In this document: positions 11,887-21,233 of the stretch, piece after piece
Layout: every line of letters starts with the position of its first letter
How positions within the stretch are numbered: position 1 is the first letter of the stretch
Source of the DNA: Escherichia phage p000y
Sequence record: MK047718.1
Direction: 5' to 3' (one strand)
DNA length: 64,000 nt
Notes under the pieces: generated by a model
Seen by the model: the letters and a program-made list of their open reading frames with translations, nothing else
Told to the model about the DNA's origin: nothing
The model's database searches: none
Position numbers and translations under genes: made by a program

Positions 11887-12461
11887 TATGCAATCTCCAT
11901 CTCACGAATCAAATCAGTAATAAACGAGTTTATATCTTCTTTTGCAACAATTTTTATTTTACGAAGTTTTTCGTTATCTAATACAGCCGCTTCATAAATA
12001 TCTACTGCAGCTAAAGGTCCTTTATATTGCGGATACTTACGAGCTTCATCACCTTTATCGTACCAAACTAAAGGCTCGTCTGGATATGAAACTAAATTGT
12101 AAAATTTCTCACGGTTCTCATTAATATGGTAAAGAATTTGGTCTCCACCAGCATTAGCATATTTCTGAATAGAAGCTTGATACGCGGCTTCCTGAGATGT
12201 AATCCAACCATAATACGGGTCGTAGTTATCGTTGCACATCAAAAGAACCCAGTATAATTGCGGGTTGCCATAAATGATATTCGCTAGTTCTTCAGGACGT
12301 GGAGAGCCTTTAATATAATAAGAACGTAATCTATAATTGGCAGCAACACGTTTAAAGTACTCTTTATAGTTACGAAATATGTCTGTCATAGGAATAGTAG
12401 GTGCATTCTTATCAACTGTTTTAGCACTATATCCTATTGGGTCGAAGAATGTAAATAACAA
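11886..12461 (-). CDS. 53: baseplate wedge subunit gp53
   Basis: 191-aa ORF, divergent from gene 4, T4 gp53 is 196 aa; synteny. Confidence 0.85.
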   Translation of the reverse strand: MLFTFFDPIGYSAKTVDKNAPTIPMTDIFRNYKEYFKRVAANYRLRSYYIKGSPRPEELANIIYGNPQLYWVLLMCNDNYDPYYGWITSQEAAYQASIQKYANAGGDQILYHINENREKFYNLVSYPDEPLVWYDKGDEARKYPQYKGPLAAVDIYEAAVLDNEKLRKIKIVAKEDINSFITDLIREMEIA

Positions 12462-12488
12462 AATAGTCTCCTTCCAATATGAAATTGG

Positions 12489-12496
12489 TATAAATA
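12489..12496 (+). promoter_or_regulatory. late promoter TATAAATA for gene 4
   Basis: Exact TATAAATA 27 nt upstream of gene 4 ATG in the 53/4 divergent intergenic region. Confidence 0.7.
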
Positions 12497-12503
12497 ATAA
12501 TAC

Positions 12504-12511
12504 TATTTATA
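12504..12511 (-). promoter_or_regulatory. late promoter TATAAATA (minus strand) for gene 53
   Basis: Plus-strand TATTTATA = TATAAATA on minus strand, about 43 nt upstream of gene 53 ATG. Confidence 0.6.
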
Positions 12512-12522
12512 AGGAGGACAAC

Positions 12523-12972
12523 ATGGCCTACTCTGGTAAATGGGTCCCGAAAAATTTAAAAAAATACCGTGGAGACCATACCAAAATAACGTATCGTTCA
12601 AACTGGGAAAAATTCTTTTTCGAATGGTTAGATAAAAATCCAGAAATTATTGCATGGGGCAGCGAAACGGCAGTAATTCCATATTTTTGTAATGCTGAAG
12701 GTAAGAAACGTCGATACTATATGGACATATGGATGAAAGATGCATCAGGTCAAGAGTTCTTTGTAGAAATAAAACCAAAGAAAGAAACTCAACCACCTAT
12801 TAAACCGGTGAATCTTACAACTGCGGCTAAGAAACGTTATATGAACGAGATCTACGTGTGGTCTGTGAACTGCGACAAATGGAAAGCTGCCTCAGCTGTT
12901 GCTGAAAAGAGAAATATAAAATTTCGAGTTCTAACCGAAGACGGACTTAGGAAACTCGGATACAAGGGGTAA
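12523..12972 (+). CDS. 4: head completion protein gp4
   Basis: Start at ATG 12523 (AAGGAGG SD) inside track ORF 12379..12972; [11 protein letters not shown]... near-identical to T4 gp4 by recall. Confidence 0.93.
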   Translation: MAYSGKWVPKNLKKYRGDHTKITYRSNWEKFFFEWLDKNPEIIAWGSETAVIPYFCNAEGKKRRYYMDIWMKDASGQEFFVEIKPKKETQPPIKPVNLTTAAKKRYMNEIYVWSVNCDKWKAASAVAEKRNIKFRVLTEDGLRKLGYKG

Positions 12973-12974
12973 TT

Positions 12975-13796
12975 ATGAGCATATTCCAAATTATATCTGA
13001 AGGCGTACAAGCCCCTAAGATTGCTCAGTCTATGAATGAAAGAAAATGGATTGAGATAGGATTAGAATACAAGAAAGCTAAAGAGAAAGGAATCACTGCA
13101 AAAGCATTTGCAGAATCAAAAGGAATAAAATACTCGTCGTTTACATCTGCAATGTCTAGATATGCATCATCTATTAAGACTGCACAGAAAATTGAAACGC
13201 TTGAATCTAAACCTAAAAATAAACTCAATAAGCAAGAACGTCAACTTCTGATGATAAACTCGTTTCGCAGTTCAATACGAGAAAAGATTAGAAATGAAGG
13301 CGCAGCAGTAAACAACAAATCATCTAAGTGGTTTGTTGAAACAATTAAGAAAAGTGTAAAAGGTCATAAAGTAGTCAAGCCTACGCCAGGCAAAATTTAC
13401 ACTTACGTGTATGATGCTAAACATAAAGATACTCTGCCATACTGGGACAGATATCCTTTGATTATTTATTTAGGATTAGGTAAACATAATTTGATGTATG
13501 GGTTAAACTTGCACTATATCCCACCTAAAGCACGACAACAGTTTCTTGAAGAATTGCTGAAGCAATATGCTAGCACAACTACTATTACTAATAACACAAA
13601 GTTGAAGATAGACTGGAGCAAGGTGAAAGGATTTCAAGGTGCAGACAAAATGATTAAAGCATACCTGCCAGGCCACATTAGAGGAACGATAACAGAAATA
13701 GCTCCTAAAGACTGGGCTAACATAATCATGTTACCTACTCAGCAGTTTATGTCAAAAGGAAAACGTTTCTCTGCGAATACTGTTTGGAAATCTTAA
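12975..13796 (+). CDS. 2: DNA end protector protein gp2
   Basis: 273-aa ORF; T4 gp2 is 274 aa; synteny 4-2-3. Confidence 0.88.
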   Translation: MSIFQIISEGVQAPKIAQSMNERKWIEIGLEYKKAKEKGITAKAFAESKGIKYSSFTSAMSRYASSIKTAQKIETLESKPKNKLNKQERQLLMINSFRSSIREKIRNEGAAVNNKSSKWFVETIKKSVKGHKVVKPTPGKIYTYVYDAKHKDTLPYWDRYPLIIYLGLGKHNLMYGLNLHYIPPKARQQFLEELLKQYASTTTITNNTKLKIDWSKVKGFQGADKMIKAYLPGHIRGTITEIAPKDWANIIMLPTQQFMSKGKRFSANTVWKS

Positions 13797-13898
13797 TTCT
13801 ATTCTCTTCCGTTCTTCCGATATTCTGTTGAACCAGATTAATGGAAGAGACCTAAAACCATTATACTGCATTTTTATTAAAGCGTTTTTGAGGTGCTT

Positions 13899-14483
13899 AT
13901 GACTCGTCCAGCGAGACAGATTTTTAACCAAACAAATATAACAAACTTTGTTGTGGATATCCCGGATAGTACACGAACTTCAGGTTTTGTGCTCAATGCC
14001 CAAACGGCTCCACTGCCAGGTGTGAGAATTCCTGTTGTTGAAACTGTGACAGGCACAATGGGGCTAGGTCGTGCAATGCGTGCAGGCACCACATTTGAAT
14101 ATGACCCTTTTATTGTACGATTTATAGTTGATGAAGACATGACGTCCTGGATGAACATGTATAAATGGATGCTCAGCACTAATAACTATATAACCGGACA
14201 TAATACGGCCCACTCTGATGGTCCTGAGTTTGTTACTTTGCACATTTTAAACAACAATAAGACTGAAGTAGTTTTGACGGCAAATTTCTATAAACCATGG
14301 ATTTCTGATTTGAGCGAAATTGAATTTAGTTACACTGAAGATTCTGATCCTGCCGTTACGTGCGTAGCAACTATTCACTACGCGTATATGACGATAGAAA
14401 AAGACGGTGAAGTCATTGTATCTCAACAGCCTCGTCAAGCAGCCGAATCTAAATCCATTTCTAGACACCCTTCCTTGCGTTAA
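13899..14483 (+). CDS. 3: tail completion / sheath stabilizer protein gp3
   Basis: ATG at 13899 with GAGG SD (track ORF begins at GTG 13893); assigned by synteny between 2 and 1. Confidence 0.75.
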   Translation: MTRPARQIFNQTNITNFVVDIPDSTRTSGFVLNAQTAPLPGVRIPVVETVTGTMGLGRAMRAGTTFEYDPFIVRFIVDEDMTSWMNMYKWMLSTNNYITGHNTAHSDGPEFVTLHILNNNKTEVVLTANFYKPWISDLSEIEFSYTEDSDPAVTCVATIHYAYMTIEKDGEVIVSQQPRQAAESKSISRHPSLR

Positions 14484-14537
14484 TCGCTTCTAGCTCCGTA
14501 TGTTATAATCACTCATAAATTATATGAGGAAAAACCT

Positions 14538-15272
14538 ATGGAGCTAATCTTTTTAAGTGGCATCAAACGTAGTGGTAAAGACACTACTGCTGATTACATC
14601 AATTCAAACTTTAAATCCGTAAAATACCAATTGGCATATCCGATTAAAGACGCTCTAGCAATAGCCTGGGGACGTAGGCATGCTGAAAACCCTGATGTAT
14701 TCACAGAGTTGAAATACGAATACTTTGAAGGCATTGGATACGACCGTGAAACACCATTAAATCTCAATAAGTTGGATGTTATTGAATTATTGGAAGAAGC
14801 GCTAATTTATTTGCAAAGTCAATATTTACCAATTAATAATGTTAAAGTATTATCATCGTTAGAAGGTGGATATTCATATCTAGATATTAAACCATATGAA
14901 GCCCTGCGTGAAGCTATAAATAATATCAACGACACATGGTCAATCCGCCGTCTTATGCAAGCCCTCGGTACGGATGTTGTCGTTAATTTATTTGACCGTA
15001 TGTATTGGGTTAAGCTTTTTGCATTAAACTATATGGATTATATTGGAAGTGATTTCGATTACTATGTTGTAACCGATACACGCCAAGTCCATGAAATGGA
15101 AACCGCTAGAGCGATGGGTGCTACAGTTATTCATGTGGTTCGCTCTGGTACGGAATCCACCGATAAACATATTACAGAAGCTGGGTTGCCTATTGAAGAA
15201 GGCGATTTAGTTATTACAAACGACGGCTCTTTAGAAGAGCTTTATTCTAAAATTGAAACAATCTTAAGGTAA
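14538..15272 (+). CDS. 1: deoxynucleoside monophosphate kinase gp1
   Basis: 244 aa; P-loop GIKRSGKDT; size and position as T4 gp1. Confidence 0.88.
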   Translation: MELIFLSGIKRSGKDTTADYINSNFKSVKYQLAYPIKDALAIAWGRRHAENPDVFTELKYEYFEGIGYDRETPLNLNKLDVIELLEEALIYLQSQYLPINNVKVLSSLEGGYSYLDIKPYEALREAINNINDTWSIRRLMQALGTDVVVNLFDRMYWVKLFALNYMDYIGSDFDYYVVTDTRQVHEMETARAMGATVIHVVRSGTESTDKHITEAGLPIEEGDLVITNDGSLEELYSKIETILR

Positions 15273-15276
15273 TAAA

Positions 15277-15962
<686 letters not shown>

Positions 15963-15975
15963 TTTTCACAAAACA

Positions 15976-16005
15976 GTTTACATAAGGATGGTGGTGTGTT
16001 ACTAT
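15976..16005 (+). promoter_or_regulatory. T4-type early promoter (GTTTACA -35, 17-nt spacer, TACTAT -10) upstream of ipI
   Basis: Hexamers read directly from sequence with sigma70 spacing. Confidence 0.55.
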
Positions 16006-16039
16006 CATCCTATCAAATAAACAACCTCAAGGAAATAAA

Positions 16040-16327
16040 ATGAAAACTTATAAAGAATTTATATCACCTGCTGCTAACGTTTCTACTCTGACCGAAGCAA
16101 CCCTTACTTCCGAAGTTATTAAAGCAAACAAAGGCCGTGAGGGTAAACCAATGATTAGTCTGGTTGACGGCGAAGAAGTAAAAGGTACTGTTTACTTAGG
16201 GGATGGATGGTCTGCTAAGAAAGATGGCGCTACTATTGTTATCTCTCCGGCTGAAGAGACTGCACTGTTTAAAGCTAAGCATATTTCTGTAGCTCAGCTT
16301 AAAATTATTGCAAAAACTCTTCTGTAA
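16040..16327 (+). CDS. ipI: internal protein I (IPI-type injected anti-restriction protein precursor)
   Basis: 95 aa; N-terminal capsid-targeting sequence MKTYKEFI followed by prohead-protease-type L-x-E sites; T4 IPI is 95 aa. Confidence 0.85.
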   Translation: MKTYKEFISPAANVSTLTEATLTSEVIKANKGREGKPMISLVDGEEVKGTVYLGDGWSAKKDGATIVISPAEETALFKAKHISVAQLKIIAKTLL

Positions 16328-16330
16328 GTA

Positions 16331-16360
16331 GTTTACACGCTGATAGGACTATGTTATAGT
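16331..16360 (+). promoter_or_regulatory. early promoter cassette (GTTTACA ... TGtTATAGT) with flanking inverted repeat ATAGGACT/AGTCCTAT
   Basis: -35/-10 with 17-nt spacer; 8-bp inverted repeat brackets the -10. Confidence 0.6.
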
Positions 16361-16397
16361 AGTCCTATCAAAACAAATGAGTAAATGGAGAAATAAA

Positions 16398-16583
16398 ATG
16401 AAACGCGCTGAACTGATTCGTAATGTTGCTGTAGTAATTGCTTCAATGGCTTTTAGTTTTTCGATGTTTGTAGGATTCATTTGCGGACTACTGACAACAA
16501 CCGAAAATTCTATCTCATTGGTAGTAGCATTTCTAATCGGCTTAATCGCTATCGTTATGGATAAAATTGCAAAAGGTGAATAG
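16398..16583 (+). CDS. small membrane protein, hypothetical
   Basis: Internal ATG with GGAG SD inside track ORF 16377..16583; hydrophobic core. Confidence 0.6.
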   Translation: MKRAELIRNVAVVIASMAFSFSMFVGFICGLLTTTENSISLVVAFLIGLIAIVMDKIAKGE

Positions 16584-16584
16584 A

Positions 16585-16965
16585 ATGTATAAAGTGTACG
16601 CGGATTATCAGGCTAATCCATCTGAAAAGCCAGGTTGTCAAATTGGATGGGCTCATGATACTTTGCTTGAAGCAGTAGATGCTGCTCAAAAATTAGGATA
16701 TAAATATGTAGAGATTGTTCAACCGACAGGAAAAGTTATTACTCTTGAAGAGTTCAATAATATTAAACCGAACTTTTTACTTTTTGCAGGTGATAATTAT
16801 TATCCTCGCGGTGGATATGCTGATTTAATCGCGAAAGCCGCTACTGAAGATGAACTCCGTGACATTATCAAAGAAAATGAGAACAACCTGATGTATGGTT
16901 CTAATCGCTTTGATTGGTGGCAAATTGTAAATGCCCATACTCATACTATTGTTGATGAAGGTTGA
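16585..16965 (+). CDS. hypothetical protein
   Basis: ATG 16585 with AAGGTG SD inside track ORF 16567..16965. Confidence 0.6.
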   Translation: MYKVYADYQANPSEKPGCQIGWAHDTLLEAVDAAQKLGYKYVEIVQPTGKVITLEEFNNIKPNFLLFAGDNYYPRGGYADLIAKAATEDELRDIIKENENNLMYGSNRFDWWQIVNAHTHTIVDEG

Positions 16966-16967
16966 TA

Positions 16968-17255
16968 ATGATTCTTTATGCTAAAGTATCGTCTATTGAA
17001 AATGGATATAAATATGATCAAGACGCGGCTAAAGCCTTGATTGATGATTATGGCATTTTAACATGTTTTGAAGTTGAAAAGGTTTACATTGACCGTTCAT
17101 CTTCTCAAATTAAATTAGTGAAGGAAGACCGTAAATTTAATACAGTAAATTTTGATTTCTTTATTGAAACGGAAAAAGGTCCTCTTGAATATGATATTTT
17201 CAAGAATCCTTTGGGTCTTGACTGCATCGTAAATATGTATTATCATAAATGGTAA
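16968..17255 (+). CDS. hypothetical protein
   Basis: ATG at 16968 inside track ORF 16962..17255. Confidence 0.6.
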   Translation: MILYAKVSSIENGYKYDQDAAKALIDDYGILTCFEVEKVYIDRSSSQIKLVKEDRKFNTVNFDFFIETEKGPLEYDIFKNPLGLDCIVNMYYHKW

Positions 17256-17352
17256 ATATGCTTTAAGAATTATTTGTTATTATTAACTCATATCGCACTG
17301 ATTAATACCCTCTATCATCAAGGGTTCTTGTTAGAGAGCCTTTGTTAATAAT

Positions 17353-17425
17353 TGGGAATTAGCCAAGTTGGTAAGGCACTGGATTTTGATTCCAGGATGC
17401 AAAGGTTCGAGTCCTTTATTCCCAG
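17353..17425 (+). tRNA. tRNA-Gln (anticodon UUG)
   Basis: Manual cloverleaf: acceptor TGGGAAT/ATTCCCA, anticodon loop TTTTGAT, T-arm AAAGG-TTCGAGT-CCTTT. Confidence 0.8.
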
Positions 17426-17426
17426 C

Positions 17427-17513
17427 GCGAGAATGGCCAAATTGGTAAAGGCACAGCACTTAAAATGCTGCGGAATGATTTCCTTGTGGGTTCGAGTCCC
17501 ACTTCTCGCACCA
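17427..17513 (+). tRNA. tRNA-Leu (anticodon UAA), long variable arm, CCA encoded
   Basis: Acceptor GCGAGAA/TTCTCGC, anticodon loop CTTAAAA, T-loop TTCGAGT. Confidence 0.8.
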
Positions 17514-17518
17514 AATTT

Positions 17519-17592
<74 letters not shown>

Positions 17593-17602
17593 ATTTAATT
17601 TA

Positions 17603-17676
17603 CTCCGTGTAGCTCAGTTTGGTAGAGCGCCTGATTTGGGATCAGGAGGTCCAAGGTTCAAATCCTTGTATGGAGA
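17603..17676 (+). tRNA. tRNA-Pro (anticodon UGG)
   Basis: Acceptor CTCCGTG/TATGGAG with G-U pairs, anticodon loop TTTGGGA, T-loop TTCAAAT. Confidence 0.75.
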
Positions 17677-17678
17677 CT

Positions 17679-17768
17679 GGAGGCGTGGCAGAGTGGTTTA
17701 ATGCACCGGTCTTGAAAACCGGCAGTCGCTCCGGCGACTCATAGGTTCAAATCCTATCGCCTCCGCCA
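17679..17768 (+). tRNA. tRNA-Ser (anticodon UGA), long variable arm, CCA encoded
   Basis: Acceptor GGAGGCG/CGCCTCC, anticodon loop CTTGAAA, T-loop TTCAAAT. Confidence 0.8.
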
Positions 17769-17773
17769 ATTTT

Positions 17774-17849
17774 GCTGATTTAGCTCAGTAGGTAGAGCAA
17801 CTCACTTGTAATGAGAAGGTCGGCGGTTCGATTCCGTCAATCAGCACCA
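17774..17849 (+). tRNA. tRNA-Thr (anticodon UGU), CCA encoded
   Basis: Acceptor GCTGATT/AATCAGC, anticodon loop CTTGTAA, T-loop TTCGATT. Confidence 0.8.
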
Positions 17850-17850
17850 A

Positions 17851-17925
17851 GGCCCTGTAGCTGGAAGGTTCAAGCAAGCGACTCATAATCGCCAGATGGT
17901 GGTTCAATTCCACCCAGGGCCACCA
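17851..17925 (+). tRNA. tRNA with anticodon CAU (Ile lysidine-type as in T4, or Met), CCA encoded
   Basis: Acceptor GGCCCTG/CAGGGCC, anticodon loop CTCATAA, T-loop TTCAATT. Confidence 0.7.
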
Positions 17926-17937
17926 AATTATGAATTA

Positions 17938-18024
17938 GGGGAGTTATCCCGTAGAGGTAGCGGTGTGGACTGTAAATCCATTGTCATTGCGACTCGGGTG
18001 GTTCGACTCCATCACTCCCAACCA
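17938..18024 (+). tRNA. tRNA-Tyr (anticodon GUA), long variable arm, CCA encoded
   Basis: Anticodon stem GTGGA/TCCAT with loop CTGTAAA, T-loop TTCGACT; acceptor has G-A at pair 1-72, so ends are approximate. Confidence 0.65.
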
Positions 18025-18028
18025 ATTT

Positions 18029-18103
18029 GGATGTGTAGCTCAATGGCAGAGCGATCGCCTGTTAAGCGATTGGTTATAGGTTCGAATCCTATCACGTCCG
18101 CCA
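18029..18103 (+). tRNA. tRNA-Asn (anticodon GUU), CCA encoded
   Basis: Acceptor GGATGTG/CACGTCC, anticodon stem ATCGC/GCGAT with loop CTGTTAA, T-loop TTCGAAT. Confidence 0.75.
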
Positions 18104-18107
18104 AATA

Positions 18108-18184
<77 letters not shown>

Positions 18185-18202
18185 ACTTTAAGTGAGGAAA
18201 AT

Positions 18203-18547
18203 ATGAAAGGCAATGTTTATCTGGTAGTTCATGATTTAACGTTTTATTTTAATGAATATGATACAGTTATTTCTCATCGATTGATTAATTCACTTTATCA
18301 GCATGCCGATTACATCTATGTTCAAAATGAATTCGGTCATTGGAAGTTCATTAAAAACCGTTCTGGGTTAACTAGTTTTGAATACTTTGACCGTAAAGAC
18401 CTTTTAAACGAAATTCCATTGCAACATCGGTTCCAGAAACGCGAATCATTATATTATTGCCGTCATATACCAAACGCAGAATGTGCCAATGAAGCGATTA
18501 ATCTATGGCGTAGACGTAGAGAACAAATTGATGATATGCCAAAATAA
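18203..18547 (+). CDS. hypothetical protein
   Basis: ATG 18203 with GAGGAA SD, immediately after tRNA-Arg; track ORF 18155 start overlaps the tRNA. Confidence 0.6.
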   Translation: MKGNVYLVVHDLTFYFNEYDTVISHRLINSLYQHADYIYVQNEFGHWKFIKNRSGLTSFEYFDRKDLLNEIPLQHRFQKRESLYYCRHIPNAECANEAINLWRRRREQIDDMPK

Positions 18548-18858
18548 GAAGCCGGGTCGCTACCGGTAAGTCGTCGGACTGATGTTCCCTGAGTAAGGAC
18601 TGGTCTTAATAAATCTTTATGATTCGTTAATATCCCCTTACATCACAGCAGAAACGGCGCACAGAATTATCGATTCGAGGAAATATCTTTGCCGTAAGCC
18701 GAGTAGCGTTTTTGACGGAACGTTCGGATATGGTCGAGATATGGCCTTTTAAAAATATTGAGTAGCGTCAACTGCTTAATAACCGGGTTCGAATCCCGGC
18801 GTTTCGTACAAACATTTGCCTTAGCAGGTGGGACCCCAACAAGGTTGCCGCAAGGCAT
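18548..18858 (+). ncRNA. putative stable small RNA region (position equivalent to T4 species 1/2 RNAs); contains a tRNA-like T-arm
   Basis: About 310 nt without a convincing plus-strand ORF between a CDS and a strong terminator; contains CCGGG-TTCGAAT-CCCGG T-arm-like hairpin. Confidence 0.3.
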
Positions 18859-18887
18859 AGCCCCTTCCGAAAGGTTGGGGCTTTTTT
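18859..18887 (+). terminator. rho-independent terminator (AGCCCC...GGGGCT + T6), copy 1 of a repeated stem-loop
   Basis: GC-rich hairpin followed by TTTTTT. Confidence 0.7.
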
Positions 18888-18931
18888 GCATAATAATAAA
18901 TAGATAAGTTAATTAACTTAGGAAAAGTAAC

Positions 18932-19396
18932 ATGAAGTCATATGCAGAATTTTTGACTGAACAATCTAGTTCAGATGTAAAAGCCGCAGCAATTGCAGCA
19001 ATTCAAGCAGGTAAATATTCTTATAAAGACGCCTCTGATGAAGAACGTTTCCGTTTTATTAGAGATTTTAAAGCTGAAGGTTTTACTAATGCTAATACTG
19101 TTAGCCGAGTTTTTAAAAGCCTAGCTGCATCAGGTGAATTGTTCCAGAAAGCTACAGGTAAAGCACCAGCACCAAAAGCGGACCCTAAAGCAGCTCAAGA
19201 AAAAAATATCGCCAAAGGAATTATTTCTAAGTATGAAGCAATTCTTAAAGAACTTTTGGTAATCAAAACTGAAGGTCAGAAACTAGCTCGAGCATATAGC
19301 TTCAAAGATAATCCTCACGCTCATAGCCTTGAGTATGTTGAAGATATCCAAAAACTTATTAAAGACCGTATCTGGTCTGCTAAGCAAATTAAATAG
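18932..19396 (+). CDS. internal-protein-like protein with capsid-targeting sequence
   Basis: 154 aa; N-term MKSYAEFLTEQ matches the IP capsid-targeting consensus MK(T/S)Y(Q/A)EF(I/L)xE. Confidence 0.65.
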   Translation: MKSYAEFLTEQSSSDVKAAAIAAIQAGKYSYKDASDEERFRFIRDFKAEGFTNANTVSRVFKSLAASGELFQKATGKAPAPKADPKAAQEKNIAKGIISKYEAILKELLVIKTEGQKLARAYSFKDNPHAHSLEYVEDIQKLIKDRIWSAKQIK

Positions 19397-19401
19397 TAGA
19401 A

Positions 19402-19429
19402 AGCCCCTTCCTTACGGTTGGGGCTTTTT
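19402..19429 (+). terminator. rho-independent terminator, copy 2 of the repeated stem-loop
   Basis: AAGCCCCTTCCTTACGGTTGGGGCTTTTT. Confidence 0.7.
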
Positions 19430-19462
19430 GGCATCTAGGGCATAAAAATATTTCATAAAGAT

Positions 19463-19491
19463 GTTTACTTCTTCCCTAGATGTGTTACTAT
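19463..19491 (+). promoter_or_regulatory. early promoter (GTTTACT -35, TACTAT -10)
   Basis: Follows terminator copy 2; 16-nt spacer. Confidence 0.55.
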
Positions 19492-19519
19492 AGACCTATC
19501 AAAACATGAGGAGAATATT

Positions 19520-20023
19520 ATGAGTCTTTACACTGAACTGAATAAAAAATCTGAAGAATCTGCTGAAACTATTTTTAAAAACGTGCAAAAGCGTATTTTA
19601 GAAAAGATGTATAACACTGCAGCTAAAGGTGAAAAATCTTGCCGGTTTCCGATGAGGTGTTCTTCCGATTTATGCGCAAATACTATTGAATGGCTGGAAA
19701 GTGAAGGTCTTACGGTAGAGAAAAACCCGGCGACTTCTATTGATAACGAATCATATATTAGTATTTCTTGGGATAAATCAAGGGTAGAAGAGAAAGATGG
19801 TGATTGGGTTGTAGATGTTAAAACTTCTGATGGTGGACGTTCTGTTGAAGTTTCAGCTGTAGTTAAAGGTACCCACGAACAAAGGACTTGGGGTTGGGGT
19901 GGTGAAGAAAAAGAAATTGTTCTTAGTGTGATTGCCAGGTCAACTAGTAATAAAATTGCACAAAGCATCATTGACGCTGCAATTGCTGAAGCAGAAAAAA
20001 TTTGCAAAATTAAAAATAAATGA
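19520..20023 (+). CDS. hypothetical protein
   Basis: 167-aa ORF with GAGGAG SD after early promoter. Confidence 0.65.
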   Translation: MSLYTELNKKSEESAETIFKNVQKRILEKMYNTAAKGEKSCRFPMRCSSDLCANTIEWLESEGLTVEKNPATSIDNESYISISWDKSRVEEKDGDWVVDVKTSDGGRSVEVSAVVKGTHEQRTWGWGGEEKEIVLSVIARSTSNKIAQSIIDAAIAEAEKICKIKNK

Positions 20024-20052
20024 TGTACAAGCACCAAGGATGGTGATACTAT
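20024..20052 (+). promoter_or_regulatory. early promoter (TGTACA -35, TACTAT -10)
   Basis: 17-nt spacer; spacer contains the shared AAGGATGG motif. Confidence 0.5.
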
Positions 20053-20082
20053 AGACTTATCAACTACAGAGGAGTAAACAAA

Positions 20083-20247
20083 ATGACTACTTTAATTATT
20101 TGGTTCGATGAAAATGAAGAAACATACTGTGTGAATATTGGTGAAAGTCCAATGCCTGAATTTGAATCCTCAGATAAAAACTCTGTTGTATCTTGGGCTG
20201 AAGGTTATAAAGCAGCTAAAGGTGACGTTGAAATAATTTACATCTAA
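20083..20247 (+). CDS. small hypothetical protein (54 aa)
   Basis: Below track cutoff; ATG with AGAGGAG SD directly after promoter. Confidence 0.45.
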   Translation: MTTLIIWFDENEETYCVNIGESPMPEFESSDKNSVVSWAEGYKAAKGDVEIIYI

Positions 20248-20265
20248 GTAAGTTTATGTTATAGT
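20237..20265 (+). promoter_or_regulatory. early promoter (TTTACA -35, TATAGT -10)
   Basis: 17-nt spacer. Confidence 0.5.
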
Positions 20266-20293
20266 AATCACATCAAATCAAGAGGAAAATAAA

Positions 20294-20521
20294 ATGGCTA
20301 AAGTTAGTATTGATGTCGTTGATTATGAATACACCGAAGAAGTTATTCGCAACCGACACCCTGAAGTTCATATCGATTCAGTCCAAGATTCCAAGTTCTG
20401 GACAACTGAGCTTAATCTGAGTGGTCCTTATGAAGCTGTTAAGAAGTTCATGGTTGAAGAATACTGCGAAGGCATGCACCCCGAAGACGCAGAGTTTTAT
20501 GTCAATTTGATTAAAAAATAA
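20294..20521 (+). CDS. hypothetical protein
   Basis: 75-aa ORF with SD. Confidence 0.6.
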   Translation: MAKVSIDVVDYEYTEEVIRNRHPEVHIDSVQDSKFWTTELNLSGPYEAVKKFMVEEYCEGMHPEDAEFYVNLIKK

Positions 20522-20556
20522 TTTACAAACTCTTGAGAGCAGAGTATAATGCTCTC
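20522..20556 (+). promoter_or_regulatory. early promoter (TTTACA, 17 nt, TATAAT) with 6-bp inverted repeat GAGAGC/GCTCTC bracketing the -10 (operator-like)
   Basis: Read from sequence; near-duplicate cassette at 50995-51029. Confidence 0.6.
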
Positions 20557-20590
20557 ATGGATAATAAACCACCAATTGAAAGGTAATAGT

Positions 20591-21184
20591 ATGAACACAC
20601 TGAAGAAACTTGTTGAATTCATCCGCACTAAACTGGGTACTGCTATGGCTAAAAATCTGACTGTCGAAGAACAGTATAACGCAGCTGCAGATAAGTTGAT
20701 TACCCAGATCAAAGAACTAAAAACGGCTTCTGTTAAATCTATTAATGAAGAAAAACGTATTCGCGAACTTGTTAATGAAAAGAACAAACAAGCCGCTTCT
20801 AAGGAACGTGAAATTCGTAAGCTCCTGGCTGAAGGACAAGATGTTACCATGCATGCTAAGCTTGGTCTTCTGTATCGTCGAACTGCCGAACAACTTAATA
20901 CAAAAGCTGACGGGTACGCCGCTATGCGAATTGAAATTGCTCGTAAGGTGGTTGAACTTGACGATGCTCGTCAGAACCTGGCAATCAAACTCGAATACAT
21001 TCGTGAAACTCGAGCAGCCAATGCCCTTGGTATCTCTACGGCTGATGATGTAATTGAAATCGCTGCACTGACTAAGGTTGATATCGAAGACACTCTGACT
21101 CGTGTTGAAACGTTCAATGGCACTCCAGCTGGCGTCGAAACCACTTCTGCTGATGTACAAGAATATATTAACTCTTTGAAATAA
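20591..21184 (+). CDS. coiled-coil protein, hypothetical
   Basis: ATG 20591 inside track ORF 20549..21184; heptad-rich. Confidence 0.65.
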   Translation: MNTLKKLVEFIRTKLGTAMAKNLTVEEQYNAAADKLITQIKELKTASVKSINEEKRIRELVNEKNKQAASKEREIRKLLAEGQDVTMHAKLGLLYRRTAEQLNTKADGYAAMRIEIARKVVELDDARQNLAIKLEYIRETRAANALGISTADDVIEIAALTKVDIEDTLTRVETFNGTPAGVETTSADVQEYINSLK

Positions 21185-21193
21185 AATAATACG

Positions 21194-21214
21194 GAGGACT
21201 CCGGTCCTCCTTTT
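21194..21214 (+). terminator. rho-independent terminator
   Basis: GGAGGACT-CCGG-TCCTCC hairpin followed by TTTT. Confidence 0.65.
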
Positions 21215-21233
21215 GGATAATAAAGGAGTTAAC

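Noticed and set aside
12379-12522. Extended N-termini from non-ATG starts in the ORF track (for example 12379, 27144, 38405, 57386)
   Set aside because: Internal ATGs preceded by good SD sequences reproduce the known T4 N-termini; the upstream extensions overlap promoters or neighbouring genes.
18667-18891. 74-aa minus-strand ORF
   Set aside because: Antisense to the putative stable-RNA region and the terminator hairpin; no SD; everything else here is on the plus strand.
20591-21184. Calling the 197-aa coiled-coil protein a PspA/IM30 homolog
   Set aside because: Resemblance is only in coiled-coil composition; without a profile search this is not supportable, so it is left as hypothetical.
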